A stretch of DNA of 64,000 nt from the NCBI GenBank assembly GCA_002494015.1, contig DLAR01000031.1:55-64054 (forward strand), given 5' to 3'. Both the position numbers and the translations under genes were made by a program. Source of the stretch: Porphyromonadaceae bacterium UBA7042 (GTDB lineage: Bacteria > Bacteroidota > Bacteroidia > Bacteroidales > Muribaculaceae). Position 1 is the stretch's first letter. Each line of letters starts with the position of its first letter. The notes under the pieces are model-generated. The model was not told the DNA's origin. It worked only from the letters and a program-made list of their open reading frames with translations, and did not search any database. Below, in pieces: positions 1-9,863 of this stretch.

Positions 1-468
1 AAAAACTCCAAAATAGAGGAAAGCATTGACTTTGTAACCTTGTATTACTGTAAAGGAGCGTTTGACCCTGACCGGGCCCTGCGAATGATACGTTTCCTGC
101 CTCCTGTACCGTGGTGGAGACGGCGCGGGGTTGTGGCTGCCGCAATCGGTGGCGCGCTTGTCGCCTCGGCTGCCGTGTTTACCTATATTGTGCCTGAGCG
201 TGAAGGTGTTGACAAAGTTCCGACCGAGCAGGTGGGCATGCCTGCTGCCGAATCACCCGCTCCTGTTATGGAAGTGAAGAAAATAGAGTTTGCCGACGCT
301 CCGCTTGCCCGCGTGGTCGATGAAATCGAGAGTGTCTATAATGTCAGGGTCACAAATGTTCCCGTCGAAGGGGATTACCGCCTTACACTGAGCTATGAGG
401 GTACTGCTGAAGACCTTGTGGAGGCAATCAATGACCTGCTCGGAACCGGTCTTGCTGTAGAACGATGA
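1..468 (+). CDS. Anti-sigma factor, FecR-family C-terminal (DUF4974-like) domain protein; 5' end lies outside the window
   Basis: The frame is open from nt 1 with no upstream stop. A TM segment VVAAAIGGALVASAAVFTYIV is followed by a FADAPLARVVDEIESVYNVRV... domain typical of FecR/DUF4974 anti-sigma factors. The stop codon overlaps the ATG of the downstream STN receptor (ATGA at 465-468). Confidence 0.6.
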   Translation, partial: KNSKIEESIDFVTLYYCKGAFDPDRALRMIRFLPPVPWWRRRGVVAAAIGGALVASAAVFTYIVPEREGVDKVPTEQVGMPAAESPAPVMEVKKIEFADAPLARVVDEIESVYNVRVTNVPVEGDYRLTLSYEGTAEDLVEAINDLLGTGLAVER

Positions 469-3107
469 AAAAGTTAGCTGTTTCAATCTGTGTGGCGTTG
501 GCGGCATTTTCTGCCGGAGCGCAGAACGTGACCGTTGACGCTGTAAACCGTCCTGCCGCTAAAGTTTTTGCCGAATTGATGGAGCATAGTGGCAAGAATT
601 TTGTCTATTCGGGTTCGCTTTTGCGCGGGATGCGCGTCACCGTCAAGGCTGTTGACCGGCCTATTGCCGAGGTGCTCGACATGATGTTCCGGGGTACTGA
701 TATCCGCTATAAAGTCCGTGGCAACAATGTGATTCTTTCAAGGCGTGAAAAGCCGGAACCCCGGCGCGTGACTGTCAACGGGTTTGTCCGCGAGGCCGGG
801 AGCGGCGAGGCGCTGATAGGCGCGATTGTAACCGACTCTGCGAGCCGCGCTGCCACCGTGGCCAATAACGGTGGTTTCTTCTCCATGACTCTCCCTGAGG
901 GAACTACGGTGCTCACAGTTTCCTATCCCGGACTTGAGTCGTTTTCCACGGGCCGCATAAAACTGCATTCCCCGCTGACGCTCAACGTGGAGATGGGGGA
1001 GCCGTCCCACACTCTCGCCGAGGTGGTTGTCACTGCCGCCAAGAACCGCTCGCTCGCCATGGAATCGTCGAATGTAGGGGTGGTCAATCTGTCTCGTGAT
1101 GCAATAGCCTCCACCCCGACGATTTTCGGCGAAAGTGACATAATCAAGAGCCTGCAACATGAGCCCGGAGTCTCGGCAGGTGTCGAGGGACTGGCCGGAA
1201 TGTATGTCCACGGCGGAGATTCTGACGAGAATCTATACATGCTTGACAACATACCGTTGTATCAGGTCAACCATTTGGGCGGTTTGTTTTCGGCGTTCAA
1301 TACCGAGGCTATCCGCAATGTCGATTTCTACAAGTCGGCTTTCCCTGCCAAGTATGACGGACGATTGTCTTCGTTCATGGATGTCCACACCCGTGACGGG
1401 TCTCTCGAAAGCCATCACGGCTCGTTCAGGCTGGGACTGACATCGGGCTCGTTCAACCTTGACGGCCCTATATGGAAAGGGCACACGAGCTATTCAATCG
1501 CCTTGCGCAGAACATGGTATGACCTCATTTCGATTCCCATCCTTGCGATGGTCAACCACGACAATCCCGATGAGAAAACCCGGGGGCGTTACTCGTTCAT
1601 GGACTTGAATCTGAAAGTAAACCACCATTTTTCTCCGCGCAGCAGTGCCCATGTAATGTTTTACTATGGCGACGACTATCTGAAGTCGGGAAGCTCGTCA
1701 GATGTGAGTGTTAATCACGACGGGTGGTTTGACGACTCGACGACACGCCTCCACTGGGGTAACCTCGTCTTTTCGGCAGGGTGGAAATATGTATTCTCAC
1801 CGTCGATTTTCGGCGAAATCACCGGGGCATATACGCGTTACGGCTCGTCGATGTACTATAAGTATTACAGCGGAGAGCGTCGCGATGGGGAAATCGTCTC
1901 GTGGAGCGACGAGCGCATCGACAGCGACAACAACATCCATGACTGGATTCTTCGGGCCGACTTTGACTGGCGTCCTGTTCCGGGACACACTGTCAACTTC
2001 GGTGCCGGATATACACGTCATTCTTTCCTCCCGGGCCGCTCGACACGCTCAGTGAAAACCGACGACATGCTTGTTACTGCAACTGACAGCGTGTGGTCCT
2101 ACCGCGCTGATGAGGCCAATGTCTATATAGGCGATGACTGGCGTCCCTGTGACCGCTGGCGCGTCAACATCGGTCTTCACGGGAGCCTGTTCAGCATAAA
2201 CGGCTCGACCCATGCGGCTCTTTCTCCCCGCTGCGCCGCTCGGTATACAATCAATGACCGCTGGGCAGCAAAGGCTTCTTACAGCCGCACGTCGCAGTAT
2301 GTCTACCAGCTTGCCCAAAGCGTGATTTCATTACCCACCGACCAGTGGATGCCGATTCTCCCCGGGCAGAAACCTCAGACAGCCGACAAGATTGCTGCCG
2401 GAGTCTATTATGCCCCTGACGAGCGGTGGACTATCTCGCTTGAAGGGTATTACAAGTGGATGCGCAACATCGTGGAGTATCGCGACGAGTATTATACCAT
2501 TACCCCCGGCATGGGGTGGGCGGCGCGCATGACCGAGGGCCGAGGGTCGTCACGAGGACTTGATTTTAAGATTGAAAAGTCGGTGGGAAAGTTCACCGGT
2601 CACATTTCCTATTCGCTTATGTGGGCCGACAGGCAGTTCCCGGATAAGAATCATGGACGTCGTTTCCCCGCGCGGTTTGACAACCGACACAAAATCAACA
2701 TTGCCCTGAACTGGAAAATCAGTAAAAAGTGGGAGATGGGGGCGGCTTGGACAGGAATGAGCGGAAACCGCATCACGCTCCCCACCCAGTGCTGGGAAGA
2801 TCCCGGACTGGGACCTTGGGACTATGACATGGTTTATGCCACCGACATAAACAATTACCGACTCCCGTTCTATCACCGTCTCGATCTTAGTTTCACCCGT
2901 CACACAAAGCACGGGTTTTGGAACTTCAGCATCTACAACGCTTATTGTCATTTAAACACCATTAGTGTGTATCGTGATTATGACAGTAATGACTATCAAT
3001 GGGTTACGCTTCCCGATGGAACCGCTATGCTATACAGTCGCCCCGTCTTTCAGAAAGTGGGCGTAATTCCTTTAATCCCGTCAATTTCCTACACATGGCT
3101 ATTCTAA
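465..3107 (+). CDS. TonB-dependent receptor/transducer with N-terminal STN signalling domain
   Basis: Signal peptide; STN-like segment (NRPAAKVFAELMEHSGKNFVY...DIRYKVRGNNVILSR); CarboxypepD_reg-like segment (VNGFVREAGSGEALIGAIVTD); plug motif FGESDIIKSLQHEPGV. An 880-aa barrel ends in aromatic ...SYTWLF. Confidence 0.9.
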   Translation: MKKLAVSICVALAAFSAGAQNVTVDAVNRPAAKVFAELMEHSGKNFVYSGSLLRGMRVTVKAVDRPIAEVLDMMFRGTDIRYKVRGNNVILSRREKPEPRRVTVNGFVREAGSGEALIGAIVTDSASRAATVANNGGFFSMTLPEGTTVLTVSYPGLESFSTGRIKLHSPLTLNVEMGEPSHTLAEVVVTAAKNRSLAMESSNVGVVNLSRDAIASTPTIFGESDIIKSLQHEPGVSAGVEGLAGMYVHGGDSDENLYMLDNIPLYQVNHLGGLFSAFNTEAIRNVDFYKSAFPAKYDGRLSSFMDVHTRDGSLESHHGSFRLGLTSGSFNLDGPIWKGHTSYSIALRRTWYDLISIPILAMVNHDNPDEKTRGRYSFMDLNLKVNHHFSPRSSAHVMFYYGDDYLKSGSSSDVSVNHDGWFDDSTTRLHWGNLVFSAGWKYVFSPSIFGEITGAYTRYGSSMYYKYYSGERRDGEIVSWSDERIDSDNNIHDWILRADFDWRPVPGHTVNFGAGYTRHSFLPGRSTRSVKTDDMLVTATDSVWSYRADEANVYIGDDWRPCDRWRVNIGLHGSLFSINGSTHAALSPRCAARYTINDRWAAKASYSRTSQYVYQLAQSVISLPTDQWMPILPGQKPQTADKIAAGVYYAPDERWTISLEGYYKWMRNIVEYRDEYYTITPGMGWAARMTEGRGSSRGLDFKIEKSVGKFTGHISYSLMWADRQFPDKNHGRRFPARFDNRHKINIALNWKISKKWEMGAAWTGMSGNRITLPTQCWEDPGLGPWDYDMVYATDINNYRLPFYHRLDLSFTRHTKHGFWNFSIYNAYCHLNTISVYRDYDSNDYQWVTLPDGTAMLYSRPVFQKVGVIPLIPSISYTWLF

Positions 3108-4129
3108 GAAAATATTTAGTGATACTCACAGTAGTGCTGGTTGTTACCGGCTGCTATACCAACTTTGAACCTGACATCGAGAGCCGCCCGGTGCTGTGCA
3201 TGAACTCGCTGCTGGTTCCGGGAGAACCTTTGACCGTCTCGCTGACCCGGACATGGCGGTGGTCAGAAGGGGAGCCCGACTATAATCTCGACATTATCGT
3301 GCGCGATGCCGAGATTACCTACACCGTCAACGGCTCTCAATGCGGGACACTGACTTTTGATAATAAAAAATACCGTGCCGACTATATCCCCGAGCCGGGT
3401 GACCATGTCGTGCTTTCGGCCCACAGCGACAAATATGGCGATGCTACAGCCGAAGTCACCGTGCCGGTTGCCGTGGCTATCGACCGCGTTGAAACCGATG
3501 TGCTTGACATTACTGAATCAATCTCTGTTGATAGCGATACTCTTTGGGAAATAAAGGCCAATTTTAAGGTTTGGTTCACTGATCCGGGTGATCAAGAGAA
3601 TTTCTATCTTTTCGGTTATGATTTTTACAACCCCAAGGGCATGACAGTGCCGATAAATCCCGATGACCCTTGGGGCAACCGTTACTATTGTTTCGGATTA
3701 GCCTACTGTTCAGCCCTCGATTATGAACAGGAACCGATTTTCGGGGAACACATAGGGGTGATAGAAACACTCTTTGGCGACAGCTATGGTTACTCGATGT
3801 TCAGCGACCGCACCATATCGGGGAAAAGCTACCCGCTCCGCATTTCGGCCCCGAGACTGAGTTACAAGCTGTTTGACCCTACCGATAATCCCGAGTTGCG
3901 CACCTCCTCGATCAATATGATTCTCTACAGCATCTCTAAAGGATACTATCGTCATTTGCTCGGCTTGTGGGAGCGAAACGAGGGTATGGCCGGGTCAATA
4001 GGCGGGTCTGGACTGGGTGACGCAGTGTGGGATGTCAGCAATGTCTCGACCGGGGCTGGGGTGGTAGCCGCGCGGACAGCCGCCGTGTACCCTGTGCAGG
4101 TTTACCCGCTTGTTATTAGCAATCGTTGA
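3095..4129 (+). CDS. DUF4249-like lipoprotein (usual partner of this TonB-receptor family)
   Basis: ATG at 3095 gives MAILRKYLVILTVVLVVTGC (lipobox). The gene overlaps the receptor 3' end by 13 nt. The position directly after a CarboxypepD_reg TonB receptor is the usual DUF4249 context. Confidence 0.6.
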   Translation: MAILRKYLVILTVVLVVTGCYTNFEPDIESRPVLCMNSLLVPGEPLTVSLTRTWRWSEGEPDYNLDIIVRDAEITYTVNGSQCGTLTFDNKKYRADYIPEPGDHVVLSAHSDKYGDATAEVTVPVAVAIDRVETDVLDITESISVDSDTLWEIKANFKVWFTDPGDQENFYLFGYDFYNPKGMTVPINPDDPWGNRYYCFGLAYCSALDYEQEPIFGEHIGVIETLFGDSYGYSMFSDRTISGKSYPLRISAPRLSYKLFDPTDNPELRTSSINMILYSISKGYYRHLLGLWERNEGMAGSIGGSGLGDAVWDVSNVSTGAGVVAARTAAVYPVQVYPLVISNR

Positions 4130-4156
4130 CATTTAAATTTCTAAAAAAACAACGCA

Positions 4157-4717
4157 ATGAAATTTTTGAGATTTTTCTTTTTCGCAATTCTTTCCATCAC
4201 GATGTCGGTTGCCCCGGCTCGAAATCCGCAACGCGGTTACCGGGGTTTCCTCGACATCTCTTACAGCCGCATGAATGCCGAGTTGTATGGATTTCTGTCA
4301 TCAGTGTCAAATGACTGGGGTATTTCCACAGTCCACGGCTATCAGATTAATCGGATGTTTTTTGCCGGGGTCGGAGCCGAAATAAATTCATGCAGTCCCG
4401 GTAATAATTTCTATGTGCCTGTTTTCGGAGATTTCCGTGCCGATTTTAAATTTGGGCGTTTTACCCCTTACGCCGACTTGCGCGTCGGATATGCGTTTGC
4501 CGACAATGGCGGTTTCCGTTTCTCCCCCTCGGTCGGCTACCGTTTCAATACCCGTCGGCGAGTGGGGTGGAATCTTTCTATCGGCTACACTTTCCAGCAT
4601 GTGCAGGGGTCGTCGTTTCTGGTAGGGTCCTACTGGGATCCCACTCATGTCGAGACCTACGTTATCGAACCTTACAACATGAACGGCTTTACCGTGCGTT
4701 TCGGTCTTGACTTCTGA
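4157..4717 (+). CDS. Small outer-membrane beta-barrel protein
   Basis: Signal peptide, alternating aromatic/Gly beta-strand pattern, C-terminal ...VRFGLDF beta-signal. Confidence 0.5.
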   Translation: MKFLRFFFFAILSITMSVAPARNPQRGYRGFLDISYSRMNAELYGFLSSVSNDWGISTVHGYQINRMFFAGVGAEINSCSPGNNFYVPVFGDFRADFKFGRFTPYADLRVGYAFADNGGFRFSPSVGYRFNTRRRVGWNLSIGYTFQHVQGSSFLVGSYWDPTHVETYVIEPYNMNGFTVRFGLDF

Positions 4718-6482
4718 GCATGTCGTGCGTTATGATGGCATCGCTTATGCGACGGGCATCGAGGATGTTTTGTATTACAGCCGGGGGAATATCGGCCGTG
4801 TCTCCGAGTATTTCCCCGGTCATTGACGATACGGCCACCTCCGGGCGGCCTTCGGTCAGGATGTTCTGTCCCATACCTTTCCAGAAATAATCGCCGAGGC
4901 CGAGCATGGCGAGAAGGGTGGGGTACATGTCAATCTGCCCCATGACTGCATCGCTGCGGCCCGGGACCGGGGAGTTCAACAGGATGAACGGTGTTAGCTG
5001 CCGAGGCGACACGATTCCTTGCGCGGCTTCTGACCGCAGTATCGAGGCGCGGTCTGAGGCCAGTCCCTCGTGGTCACCTGTTATGAGTATCATGGTGTCC
5101 TTGTAGTCGGGACGCGACTTGAAATATTCGACGAGGGTGGCAAGACAGGAGTCGGTATAGTGGGCCATCGTGACATAATCGACCATCTTGTCGGGATAAC
5201 GCGACCGGCCAATCATGAAGCCGGGGTCTTTCATGTCGTCGGGGAGCCTGAAAGGGTTGTGACCCGAATAAGTCACGAAAGTGAGCATGAACGGATGACC
5301 GTCGATACCCGCCCCGTCGCGTTTCAGCAATTCGACGCTCTGGCGCAGAAACGACCCGTCGCTCAGTTTGGCCGGATTCCCGACCACCTCGTCTATTTTC
5401 CATGCTCCGCGATGAATCAGCGAGTCATAACCCATCGAGCGCGAAATGACCTCTTGATTCCATGTCACAGGTTTGTCGCATGTCAGGATTACGCTCCTCG
5501 CTCCCCTTTCTTCGCGCAACGCCTTGCACAGTGACGGATAGTCGGTTGCAGGATACTTCATACTGTAAACCGAGTTGAGCATCGGCAGTAGTCCCGATGT
5601 CAGGAGCAACTGGCAGTCAATCGAGCGGCCCGAAGCTACCTGAGTGAGCATGTTGGGGTAAAACAGCGTTGTCGAATCGGCGACAAGGCTGTTGATATAA
5701 GGTGTGATCTCCTTCCCGTCGATCCGTGTCTCCACAAGCCAGCTTTCAAACGACTCAAGCAGCACGACGACAAGATTCAGGCGTTGGCCGACCCCGTCGG
5801 GCAACGCCTCGAAGGAGCGCAGCGACTCCTTCGACTTGACCCACTGTGCAACGTTGCGCTCAGTTTCGGGAGTGAGGACTGCCGACGAGCTCATCGCGTT
5901 ATAGGCAAGATGTCCCCCGACAGTGTAAATCGGCACGCCGCAGGTGCTGTAATAGCATGATTCGGCGAGTCGGTCATACTCGTTATAAAACCCACCGTAG
6001 GGCACCATCCCGAGAATTGCCGCGACCCCGGTGGCAATGGTGATTGCCGAATATTTCAGCCGTGACCAGTTCCACTGTTTTTTTGCCCGGACTGCGAGAA
6101 TGGCGGTCAGAATCGTGATAAGGGGGAAGACGATGTCGGCCATCCGCAGCGAATCAATGACACTTGCGGTGAAATCGGCGAGATTTCCCGCGAGGAAGTA
6201 ACTGTCAAGAGGAATAGCTGTCATATAGGTGCGGCAATACATCAGATTGCTCACCAGCAGGCAGTCAATCAAGGACATAATTACAATCTGCACCCACACC
6301 TTTCTTGTCAATACAGCCGGTAGGGTCAGCAGCAATGCCGCAAAGATGTTGAACAGATACAGATGCCAGTCGCTCATGGCGCGGAACGTTGTTCCGGCGC
6401 ACCACACGACCACAAAGGCCATAAACGTGACAAACATCCCGGCAAGCAGTATCGCGGGACGGCATGATAGAAATTTTTTCAT
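4689..6482 (-). CDS. LTA-synthase-family sulfatase-like transferase (polytopic membrane N-terminus plus extracytoplasmic sulfatase domain)
   Basis: About 5 N-terminal TM helices, then a sulfatase-fold region (LVVVLLESFESW ... ITGDHEGL). ATG at 6482 (MKKFLSC) forms an ATGA overlap with the upstream EamA stop. The 6491 start in the ORF track is TTG. Confidence 0.8.
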   Translation of the reverse strand: MKKFLSCRPAILLAGMFVTFMAFVVVWCAGTTFRAMSDWHLYLFNIFAALLLTLPAVLTRKVWVQIVIMSLIDCLLVSNLMYCRTYMTAIPLDSYFLAGNLADFTASVIDSLRMADIVFPLITILTAILAVRAKKQWNWSRLKYSAITIATGVAAILGMVPYGGFYNEYDRLAESCYYSTCGVPIYTVGGHLAYNAMSSSAVLTPETERNVAQWVKSKESLRSFEALPDGVGQRLNLVVVLLESFESWLVETRIDGKEITPYINSLVADSTTLFYPNMLTQVASGRSIDCQLLLTSGLLPMLNSVYSMKYPATDYPSLCKALREERGARSVILTCDKPVTWNQEVISRSMGYDSLIHRGAWKIDEVVGNPAKLSDGSFLRQSVELLKRDGAGIDGHPFMLTFVTYSGHNPFRLPDDMKDPGFMIGRSRYPDKMVDYVTMAHYTDSCLATLVEYFKSRPDYKDTMILITGDHEGLASDRASILRSEAAQGIVSPRQLTPFILLNSPVPGRSDAVMGQIDMYPTLLAMLGLGDYFWKGMGQNILTEGRPEVAVSSMTGEILGDTADIPPAVIQNILDARRISDAIITHDMLRSQDRNAR

Positions 6483-7417
6483 CGTTTCCAATTTCGTTTT
6501 AACCTGTTCATGACCGTTGACCTTATAAACGATGTCAGCGGGCGTGAGAGAATTATTATGGTGACTGACAGCAGGATGAGAATAATGCCGGAGATGCTGC
6601 GCGGGGTAAGTATTTCCCCGAAAAGCAGCACTCCGAAGGCAATTCCGGTTATCGGTTCGAGCGCGCCCATGACTGCCACCGGAACCGAGCCGATGTCATG
6701 AATCGCGACAGCCATCGCAAGCAGCGAGATAATCGTCGGGAATACCGCGATACCGATCACGCACGCCCACGGCAGCCATCCCTCGGGTACCCACTGCAGC
6801 TGTGCGCCGAAATCGAGTCTCACGAGAAACACGGGGGTGCCGAACAGCATCGAATAAAATGTCAGTGCCTCAGCCGACAGCGATTTTAGACGGCTCTTGT
6901 TGACGGCGACCATATAGATGGCGTAGGAGAGGCTCGACAGCATGACCATTATGATGCCGGTGACGCTGACGTGGGTCCCCTCACCGGGGGAATACAGCAG
7001 CATTATGCCGCCGAGTGACATGGCAAGCGAAAGGATGGTCATGGCCGACAGCCGCTGACGGTAGACTGCCCACATTATAAGCGCGACCATCACGGGATAG
7101 ACAAACAGCATTGTCGAGGCAATCCCCACATCCATGTGGTTGTAGCTCTCGTATAGGAGAAGCGACGACATGGCGAAAAGTACGCCCAACCCGAGCATCA
7201 TCGGGAAATCCTTCAAAGACAGCATTATGTTTTTCCCGCGCCACATCATGAACAACCCCATGAGCATCACCGCCACCATATAGCGGTAGAACAATACCGA
7301 CGCGGCGTTCATCCCCGCCTCGTAGAGTGGCAGGGCAAACAATGGATTGGTGCCGTAGCTGATGGCCGCTACCGCCGCCAGCATATATCCGCGGGTTTTC
7401 ATAAGCTGTCTTTTCAT
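6479..7417 (-). CDS. EamA/DMT-family transporter
   Basis: Ten hydrophobic helices and a duplicated EamA-type pattern, 312 aa. Confidence 0.85.
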   Translation of the reverse strand: MKRQLMKTRGYMLAAVAAISYGTNPLFALPLYEAGMNAASVLFYRYMVAVMLMGLFMMWRGKNIMLSLKDFPMMLGLGVLFAMSSLLLYESYNHMDVGIASTMLFVYPVMVALIMWAVYRQRLSAMTILSLAMSLGGIMLLYSPGEGTHVSVTGIIMVMLSSLSYAIYMVAVNKSRLKSLSAEALTFYSMLFGTPVFLVRLDFGAQLQWVPEGWLPWACVIGIAVFPTIISLLAMAVAIHDIGSVPVAVMGALEPITGIAFGVLLFGEILTPRSISGIILILLSVTIIILSRPLTSFIRSTVMNRLKRNWKR

Positions 7418-7485
7418 AAATCAGTGAAGATAACAGGGTGTTTCAAAACCGTTACCTTCACTGTTAAAAAAATGTGATATTATAA

Positions 7486-9444
7486 TCAATAAATCACTGC
7501 GCCGCCGTCGGGCTGAAGGGTGATTTTAACCTTTGAGGGGTCTTTGATTTTCAATTCCTTTTTCAGCGGTTCGCGTGTCTTGGGGTCATCGTTGATGATG
7601 GTGACAACGTCGCCCTTGCCATACATGGGGAGCGCGAGGGTCAGGGTCAGCGGCTCTTTGAGCGCGTTGGTCGCGCCGATGTACCACTTGTAGCCGTGAC
7701 GGCGAGCAAGAACCACATATTTGCCGGGATAACCGTCGATAAATTTCGTTTCGTCCCATGTTGTCGGAACCTCCTTGAGGAATTCCATTGACACGACAGG
7801 CGCGCCACCCTCGGATTCGGGCAGGAGGTTTTCGGGGGTGATGGCAAAATTCTGTATAGGGTTTTGGAACAGGATGGTGGTTGCAAGCTCATGACCGTCG
7901 GTGGTAATGCGTTTGTTGCCGCCCTTGTTTCCCTTGTTGATGTTGCGGTTCATGAAACAGCCGCCGAACTCCATGCAGCCGATGGCGTTGCGGACAAACG
8001 GGTGCAGGGCCGTGTTGCGTGCCTCCTCGTTGCAGAAATGCTGGTCGAAGAACAGGTTCTCCGACGCAAGCACAGCCTCGGAACCCACATAGTTGGGGTA
8101 CATCTTTTCCCATCCGCGCGGAATGGTGCAGCCGTGGAATATCACCATCAGGCCGTTGTCGTCGGCATCGCTGAGTATGTCCTCGTAGAGACGCATTGTC
8201 TCTTGCTTGTCGCCGCCGAAGAAGTCAACCTTGATTCCTTTTACACCGATTTTCTTCATCCAGCGCATGTAGTCCTTGCGGGTGATGGGGTTGTCCATAA
8301 GGTTGGTGGGGCCTTGGACGATGTCGTTCCAGTAGCCGCTGGAACTGTACCACAAGAACAGTTCCACTCCCTTGGAGCGGGCATACTCGACGAGCTTTTC
8401 AACACCCTCCTTGCCCATGTTGGTGTCCCACCAGTTGTCGACGAGCGCATAGGGGTAACCCATCTCGGCGGCGAGGTCGACAAACTTGCATAGGTCGTTA
8501 TAGTTGATGGAGTTGTCCTGCCATACGATCCAGCTCCATGTGCCTTTGCCAAACTTGTAGTCGTTGGCCGTTTCAAAACGCGGCTCCACGTTGTCCCACG
8601 GCGCGGTGGTCTCGACAATCGGCGCGAGGTCAGACCCTACGGTCAGAGTGCGCCACGGGGTCGAGCCGGGAAGTGAGAATGCCGGTTCAACAGTGCCGTT
8701 GCCGTTGTTTTCCTCGGGCATCGGGAACTCTACCGTGTAGAGGCCGTCGCCTGTCATGTCGCTCAGCCGGCTGCCGCAGTAACGGCGGTCAACCCCGGTC
8801 TCGCTGACAAGCACCCACCCGTTGTCGCCCACATGAAACAGGGCCGGGAATGTGTAGCCGTAGCCGAATTTAGACTTGTCGGTCATCGCGCCGTCAAATG
8901 TATATTCTTCCTCATAGGATGGCTTGGTGCGTTTCCATCCCACCATAGGGTCGCTCTGCGGGGTGATGAAAGTTGTGGTAAACGAGGGGAAATCAAATCC
9001 CGACGCTTCCTTCATGATGCGTATGCTGCCGGTGTCGCCCTGACGGGGAACGTTGTAACGGTAGGCGATGTCGTTGTCGCTTACGCGGAATTCGATTGAC
9101 ATTTCCTGCCCCTTGCTGTTTTTTAGAGTGATGTTTAAGGTGTTGGCTTTATACTCAACATTGGAAACCTTGCTGCGGTTGAGGGTGTAGGACGACGATG
9201 TTTTGTCATCGGCAGTTTTTGTCACAGTAAGACCCGAGGTAAAGTCGCCAATGTTGGAGTCAAATCCAAGCGGTGACGGGTCAAGCATAGTTTTTCCGTT
9301 GTAAGTTACTGAATAATATGGTTTCCCGCCGTCGAGGTCAAATGTCACGACCAGTCGTCCGTCGGGACCGGCCACAGTCAGAGGCTCGGCGCCGCACAGG
9401 GCGGTAACGGCTGCCAGTGACAGGAAGGATAAAACTCTGCGCAT
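7486..9444 (-). CDS. Glycoside hydrolase family 97 (alpha-glucosidase/alpha-galactosidase type)
   Basis: Signal peptide. The N-terminus LTVAGPDGRLVVTFDLDGGKPYYSVTYNGKTMLDPSPLGF and the central ...GVKGIKVDFFGGD...FHGCTIPRGW... region are characteristic of SusB-like GH97 enzymes. Confidence 0.9.
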   Translation of the reverse strand: MRRVLSFLSLAAVTALCGAEPLTVAGPDGRLVVTFDLDGGKPYYSVTYNGKTMLDPSPLGFDSNIGDFTSGLTVTKTADDKTSSSYTLNRSKVSNVEYKANTLNITLKNSKGQEMSIEFRVSDNDIAYRYNVPRQGDTGSIRIMKEASGFDFPSFTTTFITPQSDPMVGWKRTKPSYEEEYTFDGAMTDKSKFGYGYTFPALFHVGDNGWVLVSETGVDRRYCGSRLSDMTGDGLYTVEFPMPEENNGNGTVEPAFSLPGSTPWRTLTVGSDLAPIVETTAPWDNVEPRFETANDYKFGKGTWSWIVWQDNSINYNDLCKFVDLAAEMGYPYALVDNWWDTNMGKEGVEKLVEYARSKGVELFLWYSSSGYWNDIVQGPTNLMDNPITRKDYMRWMKKIGVKGIKVDFFGGDKQETMRLYEDILSDADDNGLMVIFHGCTIPRGWEKMYPNYVGSEAVLASENLFFDQHFCNEEARNTALHPFVRNAIGCMEFGGCFMNRNINKGNKGGNKRITTDGHELATTILFQNPIQNFAITPENLLPESEGGAPVVSMEFLKEVPTTWDETKFIDGYPGKYVVLARRHGYKWYIGATNALKEPLTLTLALPMYGKGDVVTIINDDPKTREPLKKELKIKDPSKVKITLQPDGGAVIY

Positions 9445-9476
9445 AGATAATCAGATTTTGAGGTTATATTTTCGCG

Positions 9477-9484
9477 CAAAATTA
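9477..9484 (-). promoter_or_regulatory. Bacteroidetes -7 box (TAATTTTG on minus strand) for the GH97 gene
   Basis: CAAAATTA on the plus strand matches TAnnTTTG on the minus strand, 33 nt upstream of the ATG at 9444. Confidence 0.4.
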
Positions 9485-9817
9485 GTCATTATCCCATATA
9501 TTAGCAAATATAAAAGAGATATGGCTGTAGATGATGTCTCTATAGGTTCTAATTGTCAGACTGCCAATGGCTTTTTAGAGGTTGGAAATTATGTGGTTGC
9601 ACGCCAAATGTTAATGTGTGCAGGTTTTTGAATACAATTTTTAACTGCAAATTAACATCTGGCATTTGTGCAAAAAATGGCTAACAAAATTTAGCTTAAT
9701 TTTGCGTTTTGTTTTAATCGGCTGATTGATAGAAGTTTGTTGATGCGATTTTTTGCGCTTGTTACCCGAGGGGCTGATTGACAGTTGTTGTGATTTTTTC
9801 AATTGGTTCAAAATGAC

Positions 9818-9825
9818 TATATTTG
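9818..9825 (+). promoter_or_regulatory. -7 box TATATTTG for ndk
   Basis: Matches TAnnTTTG, 39 nt upstream of the ATG at 9864. Confidence 0.4.
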
Positions 9826-9863
9826 AACTCAGAAAAACAAAATACTGAAAAAATCTTAAAAAC

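Noticed and set aside
7486-9444. GH97 gene as part of a polysaccharide utilisation locus
   Set aside because: No susC/susD or regulator is adjacent. It is flanked by a transporter gene and ndk, so it appears to be a solitary enzyme gene.
9715-9810. Imperfect direct repeat (ggctgattgatagaagtttgttgatgcgattttttgc / ggctgattgacagttgttgtgattttttc) in the 420-bp GH97-ndk spacer
   Set aside because: There are only two degenerate copies in low-complexity AT-rich DNA, overlapping the expected -33 region of the ndk promoter. This is insufficient to call a regulatory repeat or ncRNA.
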